Shown one piece after another: positions 1 to 13,856 of a DNA stretch of 64,000 nt. Position 1 is the first letter of the stretch, and every line of letters starts with the position of its first letter. A program made the translations under genes and the position numbers. The stretch spans positions 1 through 64,000 of the forward strand of contig CBFHKU010000002.1 in NCBI GenBank assembly GCA_965656495.1. The letters are read 5' to 3'. The DNA is from Coraliomargaritaceae bacterium. Lineage in GTDB: Bacteria; Verrucomicrobiota; Verrucomicrobiia; Opitutales; Coraliomargaritaceae. Below the pieces are notes generated by a model. It had not been told where the DNA came from. It did not search any database and saw only the letters and a program-made list of their open reading frames with translations.

Positions 1-1
1 C

Positions 2-994
2 CGCCAGTTCACCGCCTGGGAAGGTGGCGGCGAGTATAACGTCGCGCGGGGATTGCGTCGTTGCTTTGGACTCAAAACTGCGGTGGTCACCGCTTTTGCG
101 GACAATCCTGTTGGCCGCCTCGTCGAGGACTTCATTCTGCAGGGCGGGGTCGATACGCAATTCATCAAATGGGTGGAGTATGATGGCATCGGACGTGAAG
201 TGCGCAACGGGTTGAACTTCACCGAGCGCGGATTCGGGATTCGCGGCGCGGTAGGCTGCCCGGATCGCGGCAACACCGCCGCCAGCCAGCTCAAACCCGG
301 CGACATTGACTGGGAGGAGATTTTCGGCAAACGCGGCGCCCAATGGTTTCACACCGGTGGCATCTACGCAGCGCTCAGTGCCACCACCCCCGATGTCGTG
401 CTCGAAGCCGTCAAGTGCGCGAAAAAGCACGGCACCATTGTCAGTTACGATCTCAACTATCGCCCCTCCCTCTGGAAAGACTTCGGGGGCCTTGCGAAAT
501 GCCGGGAAGTGAACCGTGAAATCGCCCAATACGTGGATGTCATGATCGGCAATGAAGAAGATTTCACCGCTTGCCTTGGGTTTGAAGTTGAAGGTGTGGA
601 CGAGAACATTTCCCACATCCCCGTCGAAGCCTTCAAGCAAATGATCGAAACTGCCACCAAGGAATTTCCGAACTTCAAGGCCACCGCAACCACCCTGCGC
701 GCCGTGAAAACCGCAACCATTAACGACTGGGCTGCGATGGCATGGCACGACGGCAAGTTTTACGAATCGCTTCAGTTCCCGGAGCTTGAAATCCTCGACC
801 GCGTCGGAGGCGGCGATAGTTTTGCCTCCGGCCTCATCTATGGATTCCTCTCTGAAAACGATCCACAGGAAGCGGTCGACTATGGCTGCGTGCACGGCGC
901 ACTCGCCATGACTACGCCGGGCGACACCACCATGGCATCGCTCAAAGAAGTGAAAAAAATCAAGGGCGGTGGCGGCGCACGCGTCGATCGCTAG
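2..994 (+). CDS. kdgK: PfkB-family sugar kinase, 2-keto-3-deoxygluconate kinase (5' end outside window)
   Basis: Open frame from base 2 (RQFTAWEGGGEYNVARGL); PfkB motifs YDLNYRPSLW, GNEED, DRVGGGDSF; adjacent to eda. Confidence 0.88.
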   Translation, partial: RQFTAWEGGGEYNVARGLRRCFGLKTAVVTAFADNPVGRLVEDFILQGGVDTQFIKWVEYDGIGREVRNGLNFTERGFGIRGAVGCPDRGNTAASQLKPGDIDWEEIFGKRGAQWFHTGGIYAALSATTPDVVLEAVKCAKKHGTIVSYDLNYRPSLWKDFGGLAKCREVNREIAQYVDVMIGNEEDFTACLGFEVEGVDENISHIPVEAFKQMIETATKEFPNFKATATTLRAVKTATINDWAAMAWHDGKFYESLQFPELEILDRVGGGDSFASGLIYGFLSENDPQEAVDYGCVHGALAMTTPGDTTMASLKEVKKIKGGGGARVDR

Positions 995-1092
995 GCAAAC
1001 ATTGCACGTCCAACATCAAACCTAGAACACTAAAATTTAAAACACTGATTCGACCTTGAATTTCCCGTATTCAGCGTTCGAAGTTCATAATC

Positions 1093-1719
1093 ATGCCCCA
1101 ACTCGACCAATTCCCCGTCATTCCAGTCATCGTCATTGACGACGTCACGGATGCAAAACCACTCGCGAACGCCCTACTCCAAGGCGGCCTCAACATCATA
1201 GAAGTCACTTTTCGCACAGCAGCCGCAGCCGGTGCAATCGAAGCTATTGCGAATGAGTTCCCCGAGATGCTCGTCGGAGCAGGTACCGTCGTCACGCCCG
1301 AACAGGCGAAGATTGCCATTGAATCCGGCAGTAAATTCGGCCTCGCACCCGGCACCGATCCCGAAACGATCGCCTACTTCAAGGAGCGAAACGTGCCCTT
1401 CATACCCGGCATTATGACGCCCAGCGACATTCAAACTGCGATCAAAGCAGGCTGTGAGCACCTCAAATTCTTTCCTGCGGGCGCAGCCGGCGGGCCCAAG
1501 CTCCTCAAAGCCATGGCTGCACCCTACTCCAACCTCGGCATAAAGTTTTGCCCAACCGGTGGCGTCTCCCTCGACAATATGAACGACTACCTCTCCATGC
1601 CCGAAGTCTTTGCAATCGGCGGCTCCTGGCTCGCAACCAAAGCACAAATTGCCGCCAAGGATTGGGGAAAGATTACCACACAAGTCAAAGACGCACTCAC
1701 GCACGCAACACGAGCCTGA
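1093..1719 (+). CDS. eda: KDPG/KHG aldolase
   Basis: IEVTFRT, GAGTV, LKFFPA, FCPTGGV motifs. Confidence 0.93.
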   Translation: MPQLDQFPVIPVIVIDDVTDAKPLANALLQGGLNIIEVTFRTAAAAGAIEAIANEFPEMLVGAGTVVTPEQAKIAIESGSKFGLAPGTDPETIAYFKERNVPFIPGIMTPSDIQTAIKAGCEHLKFFPAGAAGGPKLLKAMAAPYSNLGIKFCPTGGVSLDNMNDYLSMPEVFAIGGSWLATKAQIAAKDWGKITTQVKDALTHATRA

Positions 1720-2050
1720 ACTTGCACGCCACCCCTTGACTCCGTTTAACTGTATAAAGCGGATAGCATCCCCATCCCCGAAAAGGGATATGGCTGGGAT
1801 CGTGCCAGCGGTCCTTTATCCTTCTTTGATTAGATAACTACCCCAACCCTTTTCAAAAAACTCGCGCTTTACTTCAGGCGTCAGATCGACTGGAAGTACT
1901 GAGACTTCAATGCTGTCTGCTCGCGTTGCCACTCCTTACCATTAAGTCCTTGGTTTAAACAGAACATTCAAGTCGCACAGAACTTGTGCTAAAAGGCCCA
2001 AAAATTTTGCACGATTTCGATCATCCACATGATCGCAATGGGAAAAGATA

Positions 2051-2326
2051 TCAGGCAATCCGAATTTCAAGATGCTTACCCAAGGCCTTCGCATACTTTT
2101 CAACAGTGGAAAGTTTTACGTCCTGCACATGATTCTCTAACCGAGAGATTGCCGTCTTGCGTGTGCCAATCGCATTCGCAATCTCGTCTTGGGTCAATCC
2201 CGCTTCCAAGCGAGCCTGCTTGAGCATAACGCCGATTCGAAAGTTTTCGTAGCCTTCGTCAAAACCCTCTGTAAAGACCGGGTTAGATGCCTTCCTCTTG
2301 TTAATGTATTTCTTTAAATCACTCAT
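2051..2326 (-). CDS. XRE-family HTH antitoxin (HigA-like)
   Basis: LKQARLEAGLTQDEIANAIGTRKTAISRLEN HTH; 1-nt overlap with upstream toxin. Confidence 0.88.
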   Translation of the reverse strand: MSDLKKYINKRKASNPVFTEGFDEGYENFRIGVMLKQARLEAGLTQDEIANAIGTRKTAISRLENHVQDVKLSTVEKYAKALGKHLEIRIA

Positions 2327-2673
2327 TAGTTTTTCTCCTTTAGATAAATTTTCTTACGTTGCTCAGCTAACTCGATTTCACGCTTCGGTGTCTTCTGTGT
2401 TTTCTTAGCAAAACCATTCGTCAGCAAGACGAAACATCCTCCACTCTCAAAGCCCAATATGCGGAAGATGTTACCGCCAAACTGAATTCTGGCTTCCCAG
2501 ATATCGTCCGTATTCGTCAACTTCTTCCAGTATTGAGCCGGTATAATTTCCATATCTTCAATGAGCTTCAGCACCCAAGCAACTTTCTGAGCCTGTTTGT
2601 CCGTAAGACCATCAATAAATTCTTCAACAGGACTGCTGCCATCTGCACGTTTGAAGAAATGAATTTCTTTCAT
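2326..2673 (-). CDS. RelE/ParE-superfamily toxin (HigB/Gp49-like)
   Basis: SSPVEEFI...KKLTNTDDIWEARIQ...FRILGF...LTNGFAKKTQKTPKREIELA; toxin-before-antitoxin order; start taken at MKEIHFF. Confidence 0.88.
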   Translation of the reverse strand: MKEIHFFKRADGSSPVEEFIDGLTDKQAQKVAWVLKLIEDMEIIPAQYWKKLTNTDDIWEARIQFGGNIFRILGFESGGCFVLLTNGFAKKTQKTPKREIELAEQRKKIYLKEKN

Positions 2674-2674
2674 A

Positions 2675-2709
2675 TTAACTAAAGTTAACATTGAAGTTAA
2701 CCTTGTCAA
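2675..2709 (-). promoter_or_regulatory. Sigma70-like promoter with overlapping palindromic operator of the TA module
   Basis: TTGACA (2709-2704), 16 nt, TAACTT (2687-2682) preceded by TGn; GTTAAC palindromes at 2684-2689 and 2696-2701. Confidence 0.65.
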
Positions 2710-2902
2710 GATTACGAAATGCAAAATACGCGCGTTACTATCTCAATTTAGAGTCAACTTATTGGAACTCATCAAGTTTGGGAACAAGAACTGATGCCGC
2801 AACAATGGGGTTGGAATAATTCCTTGGGTTATAAAGATCCAAATTTCAGTAAAGAACAAAGCTATCACCGCATAAACTAAATGCGGCCAATACAAATAGC
2901 AC

Positions 2903-2929
2903 AAAAAAAGCCCTCCGGGTGGAGGGCTT
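2903..2929 (-). terminator. Intrinsic terminator after groEL
   Basis: aagccctcc-gggt-ggagggctt hairpin with U-tract on minus strand. Confidence 0.85.
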
Positions 2930-2964
2930 GAATTGAGGCGCGGGGCGCGGTGAGTTGTCCGGGG

Positions 2965-4629
<1,665 letters not shown>

Positions 4630-4658
4630 TTAAGAATCGTTTTTGTTTTGGGAAGGAC

Positions 4659-4934
4659 CTAAGCAACTACGCCGAGGATGTCTTCTTCGTTAATGAGGGT
4701 GTATTCCACGCCGTCGATTTTGACTTGGCTACCACCGTAAGTGGGAAGGAGCACTTTGTCGCCAACCTTCACGTGGAAGGGCTTGTCATCGGCTTTACCG
4801 GTTCCAAGAGCAACAACTTCAGCTTCCTGTGATTTTTCCTTAGCGGAATCAGGAATGATGATGCCGCCGCGGATTTGTTCGTCTTCTTCAATGCGTTTTG
4901 TTAGCACGCGTTCTCCGAGTGGTTTGATTTTCAT
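4659..4934 (-). CDS. groES: Co-chaperonin GroES
   Basis: [30 protein letters not shown]. Confidence 0.98.
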   Translation of the reverse strand: MKIKPLGERVLTKRIEEDEQIRGGIIIPDSAKEKSQEAEVVALGTGKADDKPFHVKVGDKVLLPTYGGSQVKIDGVEYTLINEEDILGVVA

Positions 4935-4978
4935 AGTTCTATTATTGGTTTGGTGAATATTGATTTTGATTTAAAAGG

Positions 4979-5008
4979 GCGTCCCGCAGAGTGGGGTCTG
5001 CGGAACGC
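4979..5008 (-). terminator. Stem-loop between dnaK and groES (partial terminator or mRNA stabiliser)
   Basis: gcgtcccgcaga-gtgggg-tctgcggaacgc hairpin with short U-run on minus strand. Confidence 0.55.
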
Positions 5009-5023
5009 AAAGGGTTATTTTAA

Positions 5024-6973
<1,950 letters not shown>

Positions 6974-6984
6974 GCCATTCGCTA

Positions 6985-7000
6985 TGCAATGCCCATGCCA
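6985..7000 (-). promoter_or_regulatory. Sigma54 -24/-12 promoter of dnaK-groES-groEL
   Basis: Minus strand TGGCAT-GGGCA-TTGCA matches TGGCAC-N5-TTGCW; ATG starts 13 nt after the -12 C. Confidence 0.75.
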
Positions 7001-7215
7001 AGCTGGATTAAAATTTTTAAGTCGTTCTTAATTAATGTTTTAAAAAACAATGGCTTCTGCGGTCTGATTTTGAGACGGTGCCATACGTGCCGAAATGTCT
7101 CACCTCATGTCACAACTTGAGTCAGCGAAGGTGCCAGATGTCACATCAAGCCGGTCTAAATATAAAAAAGTGGGATTGCAGATTTGAGTTTTGTGGTGGA
7201 AGGTTTGCTTAAACC

Positions 7216-7503
7216 GTGATGTTGGAACCGAAACGCAAAAAGAAAGTTGATTACGAAGCGCTGAATTCGCCGTTGATGCAGATTCCGCGAATGAGCGTGG
7301 AGGCAACGCGCAACCTTTTGGATATTGGGATTCGGGAGATTTTTGAATTGCAGGGCCGGGCTCCTGAGGTGCTACACGAGGAGGCGCGGCAAAAAAATGA
7401 CGGGCTACCTGCGGATCGGATTCGCTTTTTTCGCATGGCCGTGTATTATGCAGAAACTGAGCAACCGGATCCGAAATACCTGCATCCGGACGCCTGGGCT
7501 TAA
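7216..7503 (+). CDS. Small helix-hairpin-helix protein (Cdd1/'pathogenicity locus'-like)
   Basis: LMQIPRMSVEATRNLLDIGIREIFELQGRAPEVLHEE...FRMAVYYA pattern; GTG start. Confidence 0.6.
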   Translation: MMLEPKRKKKVDYEALNSPLMQIPRMSVEATRNLLDIGIREIFELQGRAPEVLHEEARQKNDGLPADRIRFFRMAVYYAETEQPDPKYLHPDAWA

Positions 7504-7514
7504 AAGAAGCAACG

Positions 7515-8195
7515 ATGCAACAGGAAATTGAGATACCACGCGAGGTACCGGTCATGACCATGAATGGGACGGTACTATTCCCGCATGCGATGATGCCGCT
7601 TTATATTTTTGAGGAGCGTTATCGTGAAATGTTGCGTGCCGTCTTGGCAAAAGATCGCGTTTTTGCGGTAGCGGCGTTGAACACCCATGCCGAAGCGGCA
7701 CAGGGTAGCGAGACCCCTCACATGGTGGCGGGCATCGGGGTCATTCGCGCCTGCAAAACCAACGAGGACGGGACTTCGAATCTCATTCTGCAGGGATTAA
7801 CGCGGGTGGCCTTTGAAGCTATCACGCAAGAAGAACCCTACCGCATGGCGCGCATCCGCCCCATTGCCAGCGAGCCGGGTGGTTCCTTTGACCTCATCGA
7901 TACCATCGCGGACGAGATCATCCAACTTATCGAATTGCAAATTAAGTTTGGGGCTGCGATCCCGAAGGAAGTCGTTCGTTTCCTGCAATCCGTCAAAGAA
8001 CCGGAAGGCGTTTTGGATTTAGCGATTCACACGCTCTGCACCTCGGGCGAATTGAAACAGGCTCTGCTTGAAACCCGGGGCATCCTACCGCGCTTCAACC
8101 GATTCAAGGCACATTTAGAGGAAACAATTGCCTATCTTAAAGTTGAGCAACAACTGGGTGATGATCTTGACGACGATACGCTTGGAAAAAACTAA
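7515..8195 (+). CDS. Stand-alone LON substrate-binding domain protein
   Basis: VLFPHAMMPLYIFEERYREM, DGTSNLILQGLTRV; no AAA or protease domain. Confidence 0.88.
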   Translation: MQQEIEIPREVPVMTMNGTVLFPHAMMPLYIFEERYREMLRAVLAKDRVFAVAALNTHAEAAQGSETPHMVAGIGVIRACKTNEDGTSNLILQGLTRVAFEAITQEEPYRMARIRPIASEPGGSFDLIDTIADEIIQLIELQIKFGAAIPKEVVRFLQSVKEPEGVLDLAIHTLCTSGELKQALLETRGILPRFNRFKAHLEETIAYLKVEQQLGDDLDDDTLGKN

Positions 8196-8199
8196 CGGG

Positions 8200-8928
8200 T
8201 CAAAATTTAGGCTTTTCAAAGACAAAACTATAAACGGTGGGATTCACCTCGATTGTATCCCAGTTATAAGTCAAAATCTCACCCGTAGCTTTCGTGGTTT
8301 GCTTCTGGTGTGCCAAAGGAATGCCCTCGACCATGCGATAGTCGGAATAGACCGTTCCCTCCAAAAAAGTGCCATCAGGACTTAAGACATCCAACTTTTC
8401 TAGATTAAAAGAAACGCTGTTCAGGAAATATTTCATTTTTAATTTTGAATCGGTAGACGCCAAAATTACATGCAAAACACGCCCGTCTTCTTCCACATCT
8501 TCCAGAAGGCTCAAAGTGATACCCGGCTTATCCGCTAAAACCTTCAATAAATAATTTTGAAAATTAGCGTTCAGCTTGAGCCAGTCAAATTCGCCCACGG
8601 TGTAATCTCGAATGCTCAAGAGGTCACCTTTTTCACGGCGTTGCCAGCCAATCTCACCATTGTAGGCAATGATTGTCTCGATCCCGTCTAACTGAAATTC
8701 ATAGCGTAATTTGTTTGGCGCTTTCCGGATGGTGGTAATTTTTAATTTTTTCCCATTATCATTGTAGGTACCCTTTAGGATTAGCGTTTGAAGACCCTCC
8801 GGATGCAAAGTACTGCTCTGTGTTGCTTTATAGCGCTGAAGAATATCGAGTAGTTTGGCATCGGTCGCCTGTGCCGTACCCCAAAAAAAGGTCATAAAAA
8901 GTGAAAATATTAAAAAAGAGGTTCGCAT
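8200..8928 (-). CDS. Exported hypothetical protein, possibly LolA-like/outer-membrane lipoprotein-sorting fold
   Basis: Signal peptide ending AQA; RKAPNKLRYE, YNGEIGW, YSDYRMVEGIPLAH, C-terminal FEKP; AT-rich; start uncertain. Confidence 0.55.
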   Translation of the reverse strand: MRTSFLIFSLFMTFFWGTAQATDAKLLDILQRYKATQSSTLHPEGLQTLILKGTYNDNGKKLKITTIRKAPNKLRYEFQLDGIETIIAYNGEIGWQRREKGDLLSIRDYTVGEFDWLKLNANFQNYLLKVLADKPGITLSLLEDVEEDGRVLHVILASTDSKLKMKYFLNSVSFNLEKLDVLSPDGTFLEGTVYSDYRMVEGIPLAHQKQTTKATGEILTYNWDTIEVNPTVYSFVFEKPKF

Positions 8929-9044
8929 AACTACCTTGCAATACACGGTTGGATTTTCAAAGTTCCGACTACAACTTCGTATTTTTCAAATTTTAACTTA
9001 CTAAGGTACAATATTTCAAGATTACATTTTTTTTAATTTTCACC

Positions 9045-10313
9045 GTGAACACACAAAACCTAACTCTCTGGATCAGTAATCAAGGTCTGCCAACCGAAAC
9101 CGCGAGCTTGATCGCACTACTTCTAGCCATGATCGCACTTTTTGCGATTGCGATTGCCGCGAATTTCCTGACCCGCGTCTTAATCCGCCACCTCCTCTAC
9201 CCCATCATCCGCCACAGCAAGACCCAATGGGACGATATGCTGATTGCGCACCGGGTGCTTTTGCGCTGCTCCCACCTCACTCCCGCGATTGCGCTACACC
9301 TCCTTGCGCCCTCGGTATTCTCTAGCAATCCTGAACTCGCGGCTTTCCTGAAGATTTTGGTCAATGCTTACTTTGTAATCATTCTACTTTTGGTCATTGA
9401 CGGAGTTTTAAACTTCCTGCGCGACGCCTGGGAAACCGCCCCGGTTGGCAAGCGTTACCCCGCCAAAAGTTTCACGCAGGCTGCCAAACTTGTCATCAAT
9501 CTCATTGGTTTCATCTTTATCCTCGCCGCCCTGCTCGATAAATCGCCGGTGGTTTTCTTTTCCGGACTCGGTGCGATAACAGCCATCCTTCTCCTGATTT
9601 TTAAAGATGCCATCCTCGGCTTGGTCGCGGGATTCCAGCTTTCGGTCGACAATATGGTGATGGTGGGCGACTGGATTGAAATGCCCGGACGCGGCGCGAA
9701 CGGTAACGTCATTGACGTTTCCCTAACCACCGTAAAGGTGCAAAATTGGGACAAAACCATAACCACGATCCCGACCTACGTGCTGATAAGCGAATCCTTC
9801 AAGAATTGGCGCGGGATGAGCGACACCGGTGCCCGGAGAATCAAGCGCTCCATCATAATCGACCTCAACAGCATCCGTTTCCTCGACTCCAAGCTTCTGG
9901 ATCGCTTGCGCAATATACGCCTGCTTGCTGATTACCTCGACGGCAAAATTGCGGATCTCGAGCATCACAACACCGCTGCACAGGTCGACCCGAGCGATTC
10001 CGTCAATGCCCGACGCCTCACCAACATCGGCACCTTCCGCGCCTATTGCCTCGCCTACGTAAGCCAGCATCCCAAGATCCATCAGGAAATGACCCTCATG
10101 GTACGGCAGCTACCGCCGACTGAAACGGGACTACCGCTTGAAATTTATGCCTTCACGAACGATACCGAGTGGGTGACCTACGAGGGCATTCAAAGTGACT
10201 TCTTCGATCACCTGCTTTCGGCATTGCCCGAATTCGAGCTTCAAGCCTATCAGCACCCCACCGGTCGTGATTTTGCAAAAATCGGCTCGGTCGCAACACC
10301 TGCCGCAGAATAA
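9045..10313 (+). CDS. MscS-family mechanosensitive channel (YbdG/MscM-like)
   Basis: Multiple TM helices; GDWIEMP, TTVKVQNWDKTITTIPTY, ARRIKRSI. Confidence 0.92.
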   Translation: MNTQNLTLWISNQGLPTETASLIALLLAMIALFAIAIAANFLTRVLIRHLLYPIIRHSKTQWDDMLIAHRVLLRCSHLTPAIALHLLAPSVFSSNPELAAFLKILVNAYFVIILLLVIDGVLNFLRDAWETAPVGKRYPAKSFTQAAKLVINLIGFIFILAALLDKSPVVFFSGLGAITAILLLIFKDAILGLVAGFQLSVDNMVMVGDWIEMPGRGANGNVIDVSLTTVKVQNWDKTITTIPTYVLISESFKNWRGMSDTGARRIKRSIIIDLNSIRFLDSKLLDRLRNIRLLADYLDGKIADLEHHNTAAQVDPSDSVNARRLTNIGTFRAYCLAYVSQHPKIHQEMTLMVRQLPPTETGLPLEIYAFTNDTEWVTYEGIQSDFFDHLLSALPEFELQAYQHPTGRDFAKIGSVATPAAE

Positions 10314-10339
10314 TTTCGGGGCACTGACTTAGAGCGTGC

Positions 10340-10723
10340 CTAGCCCCCAGCCAGAACAGGCTTGAAACCACGAGCGGTCAAGGCATCACATACGCGCTCG
10401 CGTTCGTCCCCCTGTAATTCCAGGACGCGTTCCTTGCGGGATCCACCGCAGGCACAGCATTGCTTCAATTCCTTCAAAAGTAAGTCCAAATCCCGTTGCG
10501 AATGGTGCGTTTGAAAGGCACTCAAGGTCGTCACCGTTTTGCCACCCCGACCGGCTTTTTCGCGACGCACCTCCACCCGACCGCCTTTGGGTGTCGGACT
10601 GACAGAGGCAGGCATTTGGGCTTCCCCCGGCGCAAGCCCCGCACTTTCCAAGCCTGCGAACGGGTTGACATTCAGGTCTGCCCCGCCCGAGGTCGATCGT
10701 TTATCCTGTTTTCTTGCACTCAT
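10340..10723 (-). CDS. yciH: SUI1/YciH translation initiation factor-like protein
   Basis: RREKAGRGGKTVT, LKQCCACGGS, LELQGD, C-terminal AGG. Confidence 0.88.
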   Translation of the reverse strand: MSARKQDKRSTSGGADLNVNPFAGLESAGLAPGEAQMPASVSPTPKGGRVEVRREKAGRGGKTVTTLSAFQTHHSQRDLDLLLKELKQCCACGGSRKERVLELQGDERERVCDALTARGFKPVLAGG

Positions 10724-10947
10724 CGCTGGTGCGGGAGTTCAGGATTGTCCAGCCACGCCAAAGCTTTGACGTAACTACGCTGCAAGAGATAATGTTTAAG
10801 TTGTGCCGGCAAAGTACTCTCTTTTGCAACGGCGTCCAACCGGCGCAGAGCCATGACCATACTATCCCCTTCCGGCACCGACACCAGTTGCGTCACAATC
10901 TCCAAATCTGACTTTACCGAATCCATAATGAAGTCCGCATAGCTCAT
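10720..10947 (-). CDS. Small hypothetical protein
   Basis: 4-nt overlap with yciH; LPAQLKHYLLQRSYVKAL motif; true start may be at MDSVK. Confidence 0.6.
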   Translation of the reverse strand: MSYADFIMDSVKSDLEIVTQLVSVPEGDSMVMALRRLDAVAKESTLPAQLKHYLLQRSYVKALAWLDNPELPHQR

Positions 10948-11083
10948 GCGACCGCATCCAAAAGCTCAACCCAAAATTGCGTTCCCAGTATTAGCGATTT
11001 GAATAACAGAATAATCTTCGCATAAGTAAATTGAAACGCATCCAGAGAACGTTAAATTAATACAATAATTTACAAATAAGCGG

Positions 11084-13828
11084 ATGAAGCATTCAAGCAT
11101 CGCAAGTCGTTGGAACGCAGACTTAATTGACCAAAACTACAGCATTTGGTTAACCGAGCCGACTCAACTGGACGCCGAGTGGCGTGCTTTCTTTGAGGGC
11201 TTCGAGCTTGCTCAAGGGGCGAGCCCCACAAGTAAAAACGGCACCGCCACCGCGGGGGACGAGGATTTTATCACCAAGCAGTCCCGCGCTATAGGCCTGA
11301 TCTACGCCTATCGTTCAAACGGCCACACCATCGCCAAGGTCAACCCCCTTGCGAAGGAACGCCCCACCAACCCCCGTCTTACGCTCGAGCGTCTGGGCTT
11401 TACCGAGACCGACCTCGACCGCCTCTTTCATACCGGCAATTATCTTGGCGGCGTTGAAATGACCCTCCGCGAACTGATCGAACGCTTGGAGAAAACCTAC
11501 TGCCACACCATCGGCGCGGAATACATCCATATACAGGAAACTCCCAAACGCCGTTGGATACAGGCAAGAATCGAACCCGAGTGCTTCATTCCCCGCTTCT
11601 CCAAAGATGAAAAGATGCGCATTCTCCGCGCCATTCTTGAAGCGGAAACCTTCGAACACTTCCTGCAAACCCGATTCGTTGGCCAGAAACGTTTCTCCCT
11701 TGAAGGCGGCGAAACCCTGATCGCTTGCCTCGAAAGCATTCTTGAACGTTCCGAAAAAAATCAAGTCGATGAAATCGTCATGGGTATGGCACACCGAGGC
11801 AGACTCAACGTACTCGCAAATTTTCTCGGAAAATCATTTGATTACATTCTCCGGGAGTTTTCCGAAAACTACATCCCCAACGCCATTTATGGAGACGGTG
11901 ACGTAAAATACCATTTGGGTTTTGAGACCCGCCGCAAAACCTCCAGCGGTCACGAAGTCGAACTGCGCCTGGCGGCCAACCCCAGCCACCTCGAAGCGGT
12001 GGACCCGGTCGTACAGGGCAAAGCCCGCGCCCGTCAGCGCATCCGGGGCGACCTCGAGCGCAAACGCGTCCTACCGGTACTCATTCATGGTGATGCTGCC
12101 ATTGCCGGACAGGGCATCGTCGCGGAAGTCTTCAACTTCTCACAACTCGGCGGTTACCGCACCGGCGGGACGATTCACATCGTCATCAACAACCAGATTG
12201 GTTTTACCACCGGCCCGCAGGATGCCCGCTCCAGTCGCTACTGCACCGATGTCGCAAAAATCGTTGAGGCGCCCATTTTTCACGTCAACGGCAATGACCC
12301 TCTCGCAGTCATCGCCGCCGTTGAAACCGCATTTGACTACCGCCAAACCTTTGGCTGCGACGTTGTTATCGACATGTATTGCTGGCGCAAGCACGGACAC
12401 AATGAATCCGATGAACCCGCTTTCACGCAGCCTGTCCTCTATAAAACCATTTCCAGCATGCCCCCGATTGGACGCTCCCTCGCCGAGCGGCTGGTCGCCA
12501 GCGGTGAGTTTACTCAAGAGGAAGTGGACGCCGTCGTTGAGCAGTACCTCCAACGCCTTGAGGCCGCATTCACCGCCGCCAAAGCGCTCGAACAGGAGGC
12601 TCCGCTCGACCCCTTCGAGGGTTCCAACGCCATGGAACAGGCACCCTATAATTTCAAGGGCTATGACACCGCAGTCTCCCAAAAAACACTGGCGCACATC
12701 GTCAAAAAACACACCGAATTCCCCGAAGGTTTCCACCTGAACCGCAAAATCGGGCGACAGATGGCAGCCCGCTTCAAATCGTTTGAGGACGACAGCGGGA
12801 TCGACTGGGGTCTGGGGGAAGCACTCGCCATTGGTAGCCTCTTGATGGATGGAACCCCGGTCCGCATCAGCGGGCAAGATTCCAAGCGCGGCACCTTCAG
12901 TCACCGTCACGCCGTTGTTTATGACGAGGAAACGCGCGAACGCTACTGCAACCTCCTCGACCTAAGCGAAGATCAGGCTCAGTTCTGTGTCCACAATTCC
13001 CTGCTTTCTGAAGCGGCGGTTCTCGGCTTCGACTATGGCTATTCGTTGGATTACCCGCAAATGCTCTGCATTTGGGAAGCTCAGTTCGGCGACTTCGTCA
13101 ACGGCGCGCAGGTCATCATAGACCAATTCATTAGCAGCAGCGAATCCAAGTGGGGTCGCCTCAGCGGCATCGTGATGCTCCTGCCCCACGGCTATGAGGG
13201 ACAGGGACCCGAGCACTCCTCTGCCCGTCTGGAACGCTTCCTCCAAGCCTGCGCCGAAAACAACATTCAGGTCTGCAACCTCACGACCCCCGCCCAACTC
13301 TTTCATGTCCTCCGCCGGCAGATGAAACGCGCTTTTAAAAAGCCCCTCATCATCATGTCTCCCAAAAGCCTCCTGCGGCACAAAGAATGCGTCTCGAAAA
13401 TCGCGGATTTTACGGATGATGAATTCTGGTCAATTCTCGATGACTCAAGTGTCACCAAGAAAAACACCAAGCGCCTCATCCTTTGCTCCGGAAAGGTTTA
13501 CTATGACCTCAAGGCTTTCCGCAGTGAACACAAGATCAAGGATGCCGCCCTCCTTCGCATGGAGCAATTTTACCCCTTCAACGACAAACTCCTGCATAAA
13601 ATCATCAACAAATATCCAGCTGACTCAGAAATCGTCTGGTGTCAGGAAGAACCCAAGAACATGGGCGGCTGGACCTTCATTGCCCCTCGCCTAACCGAGA
13701 CGCTTGAACGCCCGGTGCGCTACGCCGGTCGCCGCAGTGCCGCCAGTCCCGCAGTTGGCAGCCTCGCAAAACACAAACACGAACAAAACAAACTCCTCAA
13801 AGCCGCCTTTGGCATCAGCGCCCAATAA
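11084..13828 (+). CDS. sucA: 2-oxoglutarate dehydrogenase E1
   Basis: [40 protein letters not shown]. Confidence 0.98.
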   Translation: MKHSSIASRWNADLIDQNYSIWLTEPTQLDAEWRAFFEGFELAQGASPTSKNGTATAGDEDFITKQSRAIGLIYAYRSNGHTIAKVNPLAKERPTNPRLTLERLGFTETDLDRLFHTGNYLGGVEMTLRELIERLEKTYCHTIGAEYIHIQETPKRRWIQARIEPECFIPRFSKDEKMRILRAILEAETFEHFLQTRFVGQKRFSLEGGETLIACLESILERSEKNQVDEIVMGMAHRGRLNVLANFLGKSFDYILREFSENYIPNAIYGDGDVKYHLGFETRRKTSSGHEVELRLAANPSHLEAVDPVVQGKARARQRIRGDLERKRVLPVLIHGDAAIAGQGIVAEVFNFSQLGGYRTGGTIHIVINNQIGFTTGPQDARSSRYCTDVAKIVEAPIFHVNGNDPLAVIAAVETAFDYRQTFGCDVVIDMYCWRKHGHNESDEPAFTQPVLYKTISSMPPIGRSLAERLVASGEFTQEEVDAVVEQYLQRLEAAFTAAKALEQEAPLDPFEGSNAMEQAPYNFKGYDTAVSQKTLAHIVKKHTEFPEGFHLNRKIGRQMAARFKSFEDDSGIDWGLGEALAIGSLLMDGTPVRISGQDSKRGTFSHRHAVVYDEETRERYCNLLDLSEDQAQFCVHNSLLSEAAVLGFDYGYSLDYPQMLCIWEAQFGDFVNGAQVIIDQFISSSESKWGRLSGIVMLLPHGYEGQGPEHSSARLERFLQACAENNIQVCNLTTPAQLFHVLRRQMKRAFKKPLIIMSPKSLLRHKECVSKIADFTDDEFWSILDDSSVTKKNTKRLILCSGKVYYDLKAFRSEHKIKDAALLRMEQFYPFNDKLLHKIINKYPADSEIVWCQEEPKNMGGWTFIAPRLTETLERPVRYAGRRSAASPAVGSLAKHKHEQNKLLKAAFGISAQ

Positions 13829-13856
13829 GCACCTCCCACTCCCGACCACTAAGAAC

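Noticed and set aside
1790..1815. TPP-riboswitch-like CTGGGATCGTGCCAGCG stem
   Set aside because: Lacks the GCTGAGA and ACCTGAT elements, and no thiamine gene follows.
4901..4925. CIRCE-like TTAGCACGC...GAGTGGTTT
   Set aside because: Spacer is 7 rather than 9, several mismatches, and it lies inside groES.
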